Part shown: positions 29,559-38,691 of the stretch, piece after piece
Layout: each line of letters opens with the position of its first letter
Numbering within the stretch: the stretch's first letter is position 1
Source: a virus
DNA length: 64,000 bases
Virus record (IMG/VR): IMGVR_UViG_3300013114_000098
Strand: one strand, 5' to 3'
Program-made: the position numbers and the translations under genes
The notes under the pieces: generated by a model
Told to the model about the DNA's origin: nothing
Databases searched by the model: none
The model's input: only the letters and a program-made list of their open reading frames with translations

Positions 29559-30648
29559 ACATTTCCTCCGTTTCTTTATTGTATTCGGAACCATCTGAAT
29601 CTTGTACATCTTGCGGTTGTTTATCCCATTCCTTCATCATAAGATCTAAACAACTATCTTCATTCTTATCCCATGCTTTGCGAAATTTTGTAATAACATC
29701 ACCTGTTACAGGACTTGTATATTCTAAACGATTACCTGTTTTCTTTAAAACACCTTTTGCTTCAAAGAAAATTGTTAGTCCACTGTATGGACTCATACCT
29801 GTTTCGTACGGTATTTCAACTTGCACACTTTCAAATGGTTTTGAATAACGTGTTTTCATTACTTTACACGCCGCCCTTATACCATGTACTTGTGAAGTTT
29901 TGTTTCCATCTGCATCTACTTTTAATTTAAGTTTCTTCATTGCAATAACAATGCTACTTGCATAGATAAATCCTTGTCCGCCTGATATTTTATCATCTGG
30001 ATCAAACATATCTTGTGATGCATATGTATGATTTGTAGCCATTAATCCTATATTATGCTGTCCAAACATATTAACAGTATTACGAACTAATGCTGTAAGT
30101 GCCTTAGGTTTACGACCCATATCACCTTTTAAATCACCTTTATTAAACTGATCTACATCAGTAGGTGTTAATAACATTCCTAATGAATCAACTACAAATA
30201 ATACTTTAGGACGTTCTTCGTTGTCCTTATCTTCATATTCTGCTCTGTAATCTTTCATAAAGTCACTAATTGTTTTAGCAACATCATCAATCATACTCAT
30301 GTTTAGTTTTAGTATTTTTTCAGGTGAAGTGTCTACATTCAGTGCTTTTAGCCATCTTTCATCAAGTGCATTTTCACTATCAATTAAAATAACGAAAATA
30401 CCTTGATCTTGTGCGGCTTTAACCACGTTGCCAGCGGCAACAAATGATTTACCTGATCCTGATTCACCTGCTAATACTGTTACCTTACCTAGTGGAATGC
30501 CTTTATTAAAGTCATCACTGATAAGTTTATTAAGTGTGTAATTTCCTGTACTGATCCAAGTATCTGGGTCGTTGAATCCAACGCTTAACCCAGGAACACT
30601 TTTAGTAATACTTTTTCGGAATTTACTTACATCAAATGGTCTTGCCAT
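29545..30648 (-). CDS. uvsX: RecA/UvsX recombinase
   Basis: GESGSGKS, DSENA, VVDSLG, TNH, SGG. Confidence 0.93.
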   Translation of the reverse strand: MARPFDVSKFRKSITKSVPGLSVGFNDPDTWISTGNYTLNKLISDDFNKGIPLGKVTVLAGESGSGKSFVAAGNVVKAAQDQGIFVILIDSENALDERWLKALNVDTSPEKILKLNMSMIDDVAKTISDFMKDYRAEYEDKDNEERPKVLFVVDSLGMLLTPTDVDQFNKGDLKGDMGRKPKALTALVRNTVNMFGQHNIGLMATNHTYASQDMFDPDDKISGGQGFIYASSIVIAMKKLKLKVDADGNKTSQVHGIRAACKVMKTRYSKPFESVQVEIPYETGMSPYSGLTIFFEAKGVLKKTGNRLEYTSPVTGDVITKFRKAWDKNEDSCLDLMMKEWDKQPQDVQDSDGSEYNKETEEMYESD

Positions 30649-30664
30649 AGTTTTCTCCTTCTAA

Positions 30665-30689
30665 TAGTGGGGGATTAATTCCCCCACTA
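30665..30689 (-). terminator. Stem-loop between gp32 and uvsX
   Basis: tagtggggga...tcccccacta inverted repeat. Confidence 0.65.
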
Positions 30690-30700
30690 ATTTATATTAC

Positions 30701-31714
30701 TTATTGTTTTCTATTTCTAATAGCTGTCAATATGTCCTGAGCACTCGGTGTGTCAGCAACAGATGCAGGTTGAGCAGTAGCAGTAGCCATTTCTGGTTCT
30801 TTTGCTGGTGCTGTTGTTGCTTCTGCAACAGGTGCCGCCTCAACGGTAGCCTCTGGTGCTGTTGTTGCTTCTGGTGTTGCCGCTTTTGCTACTTTAGATG
30901 CAGGTTTTGCTCCTGTTGTAGCTGGTGCGTCTACACCAAATGGTCTATAGTAAGAACCAAAACGAGCTGGGTCATACAATTGTCCATCAACACTTGCTTC
31001 GAACATTTCAAAAATAGCATTTAGATGTTCTGCATCTGGTTTCTTAGGAAGGAAGTCATTTAGATTATGCAGACCATGTTTTGCAATTGCATCACGTTCT
31101 GCTTGATCTAGACTACGTTCTCTACGAGCCCAATTAGATGTTGAATAGTCAGCATATTGACCTTTGGTAGATTTTTTAATTGTAAAATCTGTACCTGCTT
31201 CATAGTCAGTTGGAATTTCCTGAAATTCAGGATCCATAAGTGCTGAACTTATAATTTTATAAATTTGAGGTGAAATAACAAAACGTCTAATAGGATTTTC
31301 AGGAACTGTGTCCTCCTGTAATTCGCTTTGTGTTACAAAACCCTGGAAGATATAAGAACGTTTCTTCCAATATTTTCGACCCATGTCTTCCATAGTAGGG
31401 TCTTTAAACCAAGGACGAATCTCTGCGTGAACAGGACATTGTTCGCCCCACATTTCAACGCATGGAACTTGTACTGTTACAGGTTTAGTTTCGTCTTGAC
31501 CTTTTACACCTGGAAAACTCAAACGAATCATTTGACGTTCTTTCCAAAAGAACGTATTACCTTCGTCTGCGTCTGGAAGGAAACGTAGTGTTGCACTAGT
31601 TCCTTCTGGAATATTCCAATGTGTGAAAATGGCGTTATCGCCAGTTGTGTTGGAGCTTGAGCTCCTTGATTCCTGTGCTTGTAGTTTTGCACGGATTTCT
31701 GCTAAAGATGCCAT
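30701..31714 (-). CDS. Single-stranded DNA-binding protein (T4 gp32-like)
   Basis: LRFLP, C...CPV, YWKKRSY, G.DFTIKK, YADYSTS; upstream of uvsX. Confidence 0.85.
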   Translation of the reverse strand: MASLAEIRAKLQAQESRSSSSNTTGDNAIFTHWNIPEGTSATLRFLPDADEGNTFFWKERQMIRLSFPGVKGQDETKPVTVQVPCVEMWGEQCPVHAEIRPWFKDPTMEDMGRKYWKKRSYIFQGFVTQSELQEDTVPENPIRRFVISPQIYKIISSALMDPEFQEIPTDYEAGTDFTIKKSTKGQYADYSTSNWARRERSLDQAERDAIAKHGLHNLNDFLPKKPDAEHLNAIFEMFEASVDGQLYDPARFGSYYRPFGVDAPATTGAKPASKVAKAATPEATTAPEATVEAAPVAEATTAPAKEPEMATATAQPASVADTPSAQDILTAIRNRKQ

Positions 31715-31789
31715 AATGTTTCTCCTTTATTAGCCTTTAATAGTTTTTCGTGTAATCTTCTGATTACTTTTGCCTTTAGTTGCCTATAC

Positions 31790-31818
31790 AGTATACAGTT
31801 TATAGTACTTACTGTCAA
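31790..31818 (-). promoter_or_regulatory. Sigma70 promoter for gp32-uvsX
   Basis: TTGACA-N17-TATACT with a GTAAG half-site in the spacer. Confidence 0.75.
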
Positions 31819-31836
31819 GTACTTTTTTGAAGAAAA

Positions 31837-34800
31837 TTATGAAACTTTTCTTCGTAAACCAGTTAATATCGTTTCAGCAATGTTTTCAGTTTCAACTTCT
31901 TTTTCTTTTGCTGGTACTTTATTCTTCTGATCCAAGTATTTTACAATCTTAGCCATCATAATAACATGCTGATTTGGCAAGTTATACAATTCACTAGATA
32001 TTTGACTTAGTAAATTAAATACTTCGTCATTTTTACTATTCATTGCGAGATAAGATAACATTGACACTAACTTAGCCATTGCACCCTGTTCACCTGAGTA
32101 TTTAATTGGATCTTCATTGTCAGGATGTTCAGGATCATTTGGATCAATGTTAAGCTGAAAATCTTCCTTGTCTTTAATCATATCGTATACACGATTGATA
32201 TTAGTTTTAGTTAGATCTGTCATGCTATCTTTCTCTTTTACAATACGGGCTACTGTTTCTAAGACCGCATCCATATTCGCAGTCTTAAATGTATTGTACA
32301 TGAACTTGTCAGTTATGTCAACCGCTTCTTTATCATTTTCTTCTACAATCGCAGTAGATTGAGCCTGATAGGCGTTATAACCTCTAGAAGTTTGTAAACG
32401 TTTAACTGTACTCTTAAATTCTTTTAATTTCTCTTTAATAGTTTCAACGATATTTTCATTTCCTTCGTTAACTAATTTGTGTGAACGCACATGTCTCAAA
32501 AATTGAGTACATTGCGACACTTCTTCAGATAATTTTATAATTGATTCACCAATTGCATCATATGGTGTCCCACCATGGCTTACATGATTGGCCATAGCTC
32601 TTGCACCTTGTAAATATTTAAATGGGAATCTAAATCTTTCACCAGCACTATTTTCTACAAATAATGCTTTAATATTTCTACTTCTTGCACCGCGTTTTTC
32701 TTCATTTACAGCCGCTGAGTGCCTAATAATAAGTTTAGTTGCCTCAGGTAATTGTATATAACTTGTCTTAATACTTCCTGTTGCACGTGAATACCCTTCC
32801 ATAATTATTTTATGGTTTTTATCATTTTTGTCATGAACATCTGCTACAATAGCATCACCAAATCTAGATAAAACTACTATATCACTTGATTCAACTAGAG
32901 TTATTTCACTTGGGTCAAACTCTTCATCTTCTTGTTCTTCTGTTGCACCTTGTACAAGATGACCTGGAACATAACCTGCTCTATCAAGCATATCTTGTGG
33001 AGTATAAGTAACACTACCTTCTCTGTTAATAGTATCAACTGCTTCTTGAGCAAAACCCATATAATCTTCTTCTTGTGAGAAGAACCAACTCATAAAGTCT
33101 TTGAAACTTACTTTTAATTCGCCAGCTTCAGTAACTGTTTCTTCACCATAAAGACCACGCCTCTCATCTCTACGACGCTGTAATTCTTCATATTCTGACT
33201 CGTCTTTGTCTTCTTCGTCATCACCATAAAGACCGTGCTTCACATCTCTACGATGCTGTTCTTTTTCATCTTCGTCTTGTTCTGTTTTATTACTTTCAAA
33301 CATTTTTGAGTAATCTGATGAGTATTCTGCAATATTTTCACCTGGGAATAACACGTTAAATAATGCAGGGTCTTTTGATATTGAAACCTGGAAATAATAT
33401 ATCAAACTATCTCTGTCTTGAGTATCCATATAGTCTGGTTGCATCATATCTACAACATCCATATCGCCAGCATCCATCATATCATCTAGATGATTAACAA
33501 ATTCTTCACCTTCATCTGGATAATCTTCTGGATCATAATCAGTATGTTTTATTATTGCCGCTCTAACATTTTTAATGTGTGGTAAAAGTTGAGCGTGTGT
33601 AACATCATCTCTACCAGCTTCAATAATCTTCTGGCGTTCGCCATCTTTGACTGGCCTTATTTCAAAGGCATTTTCTCTCCATTTACCTGAGTCTCTATAT
33701 TTTTGAACAATTTTCTCTGCATCATCATATGTGACCCATCCTTGATGTACTTTAGCACCAGCAATCCAAACACCGTATTGCTTCTCTTCTTCTACTAACT
33801 TAACACCTGCTAATTCTTTTAATCTTCCAACTGCTTCTTTCATATCATATGCTTCCAAGTGTGCTACACCTGATGCCTGCATACCTTGTTCACTCCATTT
33901 AACATCTCTACCGACAATTTTACTAATACCGGCTTCAAATCCTTTATCTGTATAAATTTCCCAAGGACCATTATGTTCAACGTGTACTTCATACCATCCA
34001 TCATCGTGCTGTTCAACTGTAATATCTCCAACTGTTACATGATCTGCTTCCCACATTTCATCTTCAAGCCAAATACTATCACCTGCTAATTCAACATCTT
34101 TATTTACTTTTATTGTTTTATGGCCTTCGCCTGCTTTTGTATTAAATTCTGTTAATTCTTCTTCTGTTGATTCTGAATTAAAAATATTCTTATCACCTAT
34201 TTCGTTATTAGTTTTGCCATCACGTGGAACTTCAGTAGGTTCACCATCTGGAATTTTACTTACGTCAAACTCACCTGCTGGTGAATCATCACCTCGTTGA
34301 CGTTTAAGATCTGGATCTCTTGGATCCATACGTCTAAACGGATGAGGACCTTGCTCTAGAGCAAAGTCAGGATACATTTCAACTGCTTTAGCATAAATGT
34401 CTGGATGATCATTTTTTAGTTTAGTCTTGTGTTCTGTATTTGCTTCATCAGTTAATCCTGCCATACGAGATTCCATATCGCCTGCCCACATTTCAAGTGA
34501 CCATTGTTCTTTATCTTTATCAAGTTGCGGGTGCATACTTGCAAGACCATATTTTGGAACTGGAGCTGAGCCTTCAATATCTGCACCTTGTGGTGGCATT
34601 TCTGCTTCGTTCCATTCATCATATGTAAGTACTTTGCCTGTATCACCGTCTGAATAGTTTCCTTCTCCTGGATTATAATAAATTACACGACCCGAATGAG
34701 TCGCAATAGGACCATACTGCTTTTTATTTGCTGGATATTTTTTTGGATCTGGCTCTGGCAAACTGCGATCCCAATTTACATTTCGTCTGCTTCGATATTC

Positions 34801-35193
34801 AGTAAGTTCTTTTTCTTCGGTTTTAATACCTGATAGTTCTTTTAATCTAGTTATTAATTCACCTTCTTCGTTTACTACATCGTGAGCAAAGTCTTTTGGT
34901 TCAATATTTTTATCAAATTTTCTAATGTTATATTCTGCCATTGCATTATGTCCTGCTTTCTTAATACTATCTAATAAATCTTTATGTTCATTAAAGTTAA
35001 AACTAGCTCCTGCCTGTACAACTAGTTCAGTTAGATCATCCTCTTCTCTTATTGTAACTAAAAAATCCTTATCGTAAGCATAAAATCTAGCTGAACGCTC
35101 AGGATCTAGTGTTTTGTTTCCTGCTGGATCAAACAATTTTAATTTAATGTTTGCTCCTTTGAGAATGTTAAAAATTTCTTGCGATAGTTGCAT
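31837..35193 (-). CDS. Large modular head/internal protein (putative polyprotein)
   Basis: 1118 aa; globular-looking ends with about 690 aa of acidic modules between; two RLKELxG motifs; late promoter. Confidence 0.6.
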   Translation of the reverse strand: MQLSQEIFNILKGANIKLKLFDPAGNKTLDPERSARFYAYDKDFLVTIREEDDLTELVVQAGASFNFNEHKDLLDSIKKAGHNAMAEYNIRKFDKNIEPKDFAHDVVNEEGELITRLKELSGIKTEEKELTEYRSRRNVNWDRSLPEPDPKKYPANKKQYGPIATHSGRVIYYNPGEGNYSDGDTGKVLTYDEWNEAEMPPQGADIEGSAPVPKYGLASMHPQLDKDKEQWSLEMWAGDMESRMAGLTDEANTEHKTKLKNDHPDIYAKAVEMYPDFALEQGPHPFRRMDPRDPDLKRQRGDDSPAGEFDVSKIPDGEPTEVPRDGKTNNEIGDKNIFNSESTEEELTEFNTKAGEGHKTIKVNKDVELAGDSIWLEDEMWEADHVTVGDITVEQHDDGWYEVHVEHNGPWEIYTDKGFEAGISKIVGRDVKWSEQGMQASGVAHLEAYDMKEAVGRLKELAGVKLVEEEKQYGVWIAGAKVHQGWVTYDDAEKIVQKYRDSGKWRENAFEIRPVKDGERQKIIEAGRDDVTHAQLLPHIKNVRAAIIKHTDYDPEDYPDEGEEFVNHLDDMMDAGDMDVVDMMQPDYMDTQDRDSLIYYFQVSISKDPALFNVLFPGENIAEYSSDYSKMFESNKTEQDEDEKEQHRRDVKHGLYGDDEEDKDESEYEELQRRRDERRGLYGEETVTEAGELKVSFKDFMSWFFSQEEDYMGFAQEAVDTINREGSVTYTPQDMLDRAGYVPGHLVQGATEEQEDEEFDPSEITLVESSDIVVLSRFGDAIVADVHDKNDKNHKIIMEGYSRATGSIKTSYIQLPEATKLIIRHSAAVNEEKRGARSRNIKALFVENSAGERFRFPFKYLQGARAMANHVSHGGTPYDAIGESIIKLSEEVSQCTQFLRHVRSHKLVNEGNENIVETIKEKLKEFKSTVKRLQTSRGYNAYQAQSTAIVEENDKEAVDITDKFMYNTFKTANMDAVLETVARIVKEKDSMTDLTKTNINRVYDMIKDKEDFQLNIDPNDPEHPDNEDPIKYSGEQGAMAKLVSMLSYLAMNSKNDEVFNLLSQISSELYNLPNQHVIMMAKIVKYLDQKNKVPAKEKEVETENIAETILTGLRRKVS

Positions 35194-35234
35194 TATAGTA
35201 TTCCTTTAATGTATTTATCAAGATGCATTGAAAA

Positions 35235-35450
35235 TTACTTTCTTTTGAAGCCTTTATACCGCTTATGAAACTGCTCTACACGACCTTCAGTATCCATAAT
35301 TCTAGTTTTACCTGTAAAAAACGGATGACATTTTGAACATACATCTAATTTCATTGTTTCTTTATTAAGAGTTGACCGAGTTTCGAACGTAGCACCGCAT
35401 TGGCATACAACAGCAATGGTCTTGTATTGAGGATGGATATTCTTCTGCAC
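35235..35450 (-). CDS. rpmE: Ribosomal protein bL31, Zn-binding type A
   Basis: KNIHPQY..CQCG...RST...LDVCSKCHPFFTGK....GRVEQF. Confidence 0.95.
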   Translation of the reverse strand: MQKNIHPQYKTIAVVCQCGATFETRSTLNKETMKLDVCSKCHPFFTGKTRIMDTEGRVEQFHKRYKGFKRK

Positions 35451-35478
35451 TCATCTTGTCTCCGATATACACTATTTA

Positions 35479-37035
35479 TTATAATAAACTAAAAGGCATT
35501 GGTTCCATGCCATCGGAATCTTCAAAATCATCATTTAAATAATCAAATGCTTCTTCTTCATATTTAGATACTTCCATACTCATACGTACAATTAAATTAA
35601 CTGCCATTACAAGGTCATCTGTTTCACCAGATTTTGCAGAATAACTATTACCTTTTGCTATAAATGTTTTTAATTCTCTTAATAATGGTTTACTTGCTAC
35701 TTCTAATTTTTCTGTTTCTACCCAATGTTTTAACTTTGCACAAGCAGATATTTTGGCTTTGTGTGTAGTAGTAAACCCTCTTCTATAGCGTTTAGCATTA
35801 CCATGTTGCCTTGTTTCAGTTAAAAATGTTCCTGGAAAATTTTCTTCGCCTTGTTCTTCTACAACAACTAATGCGGCTTCACCTAAGGTATTGTTCTCTA
35901 CACTGTAGTAAATTTCACAATCACCGTTAGATTCAGTATCAATATGTTGTGCTATTTCTCGCAAAATTTTTATCTGTCCTTGTACAGTTGTTCTATTGTG
36001 CATCCATTCTGCTATTTGTTTCATACCTGGCATACTATATACTTGTATAGCACTATTATCTCCACCTGTACCTAAACTAGGATCAAGTCCTATCATATAC
36101 AATTTACCTTTAGCAACTGGCGAATACCAGCGTACCTGTCCAGATATAGCGTATGGATCACGTGCTTTCATATTAGCAAGTTTAATACTATCAATTAATG
36201 TTTCATCATACGCAATAAATTCACATTTATGTTCACGTCTAAATCTTTCTTCACCTATTTTACCATATTCAAGATCTGCCCATTCTTGATCTCTTTCTGG
36301 ATGTCTTTCCCATGTAGCTAGATAATGTGCAAATCCATTTACGCCAGTATCTGTTTCAATACCATATTCATCAATGTTTTTATTCGCATCTCGCCAAATT
36401 TGTGCAAACTGATCATCATCCATATTAGGTGTGCTTGTAATAATACATTTACCACCTGTTGCTAATGTGGGAGACAGTGAAGTCCAAAATTCTTTTGCTA
36501 CATTTGGACGGACAAATGCAAACTCGTCTAAATATGCTAATGAGATACTTAAACCTCTTCCTGTATTTTCTGTTGTACTTTGTGCAATAATACGTGAACC
36601 ATTATCAAACTCTAAACTACCTTTGTTGTATGCTGTTACACCAGCACGTATATAATCTGGTAATGTTTCGTATGAGAATCGTACACGTTGCATAATTTCT
36701 GATGCACCTGCATATTTGTGTGCCGCTACTAATATAGTTTGATCTGGATTAAACATTGCATACCATAGCAAATATCCTGCCGCACAAGTTGACTTACCCA
36801 TTTGTCGTGCCAGCATATTAATACTGTATCTATTGTTGTGATATACGTCAACTAATTCGTCTTGAAAGTCATATAAATCAAATCTTAACCTGCCTTTTAC
36901 AGGATGTTGAATATAACAATGCTTACTCATAAAGTATTTGGGATCATCTGCACATCTAGCAAGTTCTAAAAGTTGCTCTTCTGTGTACTTTTCTCTTCTA
37001 TACGGAGTTTTTGTTAATTTAGTATCTACTGACAT
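35479..37035 (-). CDS. terL: Terminase large subunit
   Basis: LYDFQ, ARQMGKS, LDEFAF, TSTPN, GLDPS, DDLVMA; start MSVDTK by TAATG overlap. Confidence 0.95.
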   Translation of the reverse strand: MSVDTKLTKTPYRREKYTEEQLLELARCADDPKYFMSKHCYIQHPVKGRLRFDLYDFQDELVDVYHNNRYSINMLARQMGKSTCAAGYLLWYAMFNPDQTILVAAHKYAGASEIMQRVRFSYETLPDYIRAGVTAYNKGSLEFDNGSRIIAQSTTENTGRGLSISLAYLDEFAFVRPNVAKEFWTSLSPTLATGGKCIITSTPNMDDDQFAQIWRDANKNIDEYGIETDTGVNGFAHYLATWERHPERDQEWADLEYGKIGEERFRREHKCEFIAYDETLIDSIKLANMKARDPYAISGQVRWYSPVAKGKLYMIGLDPSLGTGGDNSAIQVYSMPGMKQIAEWMHNRTTVQGQIKILREIAQHIDTESNGDCEIYYSVENNTLGEAALVVVEEQGEENFPGTFLTETRQHGNAKRYRRGFTTTHKAKISACAKLKHWVETEKLEVASKPLLRELKTFIAKGNSYSAKSGETDDLVMAVNLIVRMSMEVSKYEEEAFDYLNDDFEDSDGMEPMPFSLL

Positions 37036-37730
37036 TAATATCTCCCAAACGCCCATTCACGTTCTTTACACCACCAACATTTTTTACAATGTGTAACCAT
37101 TTTATCAGGTTGATCTGTATTTTCTTCAGCATGTTGTTCACAACTTCTTGTATATGGAAATAATTCTTCTATCATATTAAAATGCTCATATAAATGTGCT
37201 ACCATACGTTTATCAACTGCCATAAGTGGCGTCCAACGTGTAATTCCTGGTACATATTCCTTTAATATAAGTCTACCATGTCCTGGATCACGTGGTTTAT
37301 GTCTATTATTTATAGTATCAAACTTAACATCTAACGGAGGATTTTGTGTAGTACCATGTAATGTAAAGGTTATACCATGCAAATCTTGTTGCATTTTTTC
37401 TGTATCATCAAGTTCTGATCTAATTTGATCGGTACTATAAAATGTATAATGACTTTTAATTAGTTTTGTTCCTGTGAGCTGGAGTACTCTATTAAGTACT
37501 CTAGTACTCCAGTTAGCGTTATACCACCCCTTAATAGGGTTAGCAGACGTTATAACATGCAGTTCTGCCTCTGGTATATATTGCTCACAGTATTGGATTA
37601 GCATCAATAATAATATGGCACTATCTGCACCACCTGAGATGTTAATACAAATCTTGTTATGAGGCTTTGGTACTGTAAATTCTATATTCTGACCGAAATT
37701 ATCCGTATATGTTTCAATAGGCCTTTTCAT
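37035..37730 (-). CDS. QueC-like PP-loop ATPase
   Basis: ISGGADS and TRSC...HCKKCWWCKER. Confidence 0.75.
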   Translation of the reverse strand: MKRPIETYTDNFGQNIEFTVPKPHNKICINISGGADSAILLLMLIQYCEQYIPEAELHVITSANPIKGWYNANWSTRVLNRVLQLTGTKLIKSHYTFYSTDQIRSELDDTEKMQQDLHGITFTLHGTTQNPPLDVKFDTINNRHKPRDPGHGRLILKEYVPGITRWTPLMAVDKRMVAHLYEHFNMIEELFPYTRSCEQHAEENTDQPDKMVTHCKKCWWCKEREWAFGRY

Positions 37731-37746
37731 ATTACTATTTATAAAG

Positions 37747-37780
37747 AAAAACGGCGTAGTTAATTAAAACCACACCGTTT
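37747..37780 (-). terminator. Intrinsic terminator
   Basis: 13-bp stem with G-U pairs on the minus strand, then a U-tract. Confidence 0.75.
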
Positions 37781-37809
37781 AATTTTCACCTGGGAGGAAA
37801 CGTGAACTT

Positions 37810-38691
37810 TTATTTTTCTTTTGACTTTTTGTATGCTTCTCTAATTTCTTCAACTGTATGTTCTTTTAAGCCTACTTTGAAATTTTCTGCATCTAAATAC
37901 TTCTTCAAACTTAGGTTAACGCTTTGTGCAAAATTTTCGTATGGTTCACCATGTGATGTAGCTTCATCTTCAGCCGCACCTTCTGGTGTATTTGCCCATT
38001 CATTTAATTTTGTTTGAATTAATTCTTCGCTTAAACCTGCATTTCTAAGTAATGTAATTAATTGAGTTGTGTCCATTGTTGGAGCCTCCTCTATTTTTTC
38101 TTCTGTAACTGCATTGCATCCACAACTGCATTCTGGACCACAATTACAATCTGAACCATGCCCACATGAACAGTCTTCAGTTATAGTTTCTTCTTTCATT
38201 GCTTTTTTAATTGCTTTGTCTTTAGCTGCCATGTAATCATCTGAATCAATATCACCGTCTTTATCGTGATCTTTTTTCTTACCTTCTTCTACTGGCTCTT
38301 CTGCTACCATGTCTACAGGAGTTTTATTTGTTATTTTTTTCTTTTTACTTAACTGTTCTGTTTTAATTTCTTCTTCTGCTGGTGCTTCTTCTGCTGGTGC
38401 TTCTACACTCTCTTCAGCATGTCCGCCTTCTGGCATATCGTGGTTTCTACGGAAATTTTCAACAAATTCTGTTATATCTTGTCCGCTCATCCAACGTGCC
38501 ATTTCATCAACTAAAATATTATCTTCAAGACCTAATTCGTCTTGTAAATCATATAATGGTTGAGAAAATTCACCAACTGCTTCTTTTGTTACTGGTACTT
38601 CTTTTAATTCTCTTTCTGCTGGAACTTGGCTTTGAGCATCATTGTCTATGCCGTGTCTAGCAAGGGTTAATATTCTGTCTAAATCACTCAT
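37810..38691 (-). CDS. Acidic modular head/internal protein
   Basis: EF-hand-like and Cys-rich modules bounded by x-x-E linkers. Confidence 0.55.
   Translation of the reverse strand: MSDLDRILTLARHGIDNDAQSQVPAERELKEVPVTKEAVGEFSQPLYDLQDELGLEDNILVDEMARWMSGQDITEFVENFRRNHDMPEGGHAEESVEAPAEEAPAEEEIKTEQLSKKKKITNKTPVDMVAEEPVEEGKKKDHDKDGDIDSDDYMAAKDKAIKKAMKEETITEDCSCGHGSDCNCGPECSCGCNAVTEEKIEEAPTMDTTQLITLLRNAGLSEELIQTKLNEWANTPEGAAEDEATSHGEPYENFAQSVNLSLKKYLDAENFKVGLKEHTVEEIREAYKKSKEK

Noticed and set aside
35235-35450. rpmE as evidence of host chromosome or a prophage boundary
   Set aside because: It is flanked on both sides by phage late genes and carries the phage late promoter motif; no other host housekeeping context is present.
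4066-37035. Introns or inteins in nrdA, nrdB, dnaB, uvsX and terL
   Set aside because: All are uninterrupted and of normal length, with no splicing or homing motifs.
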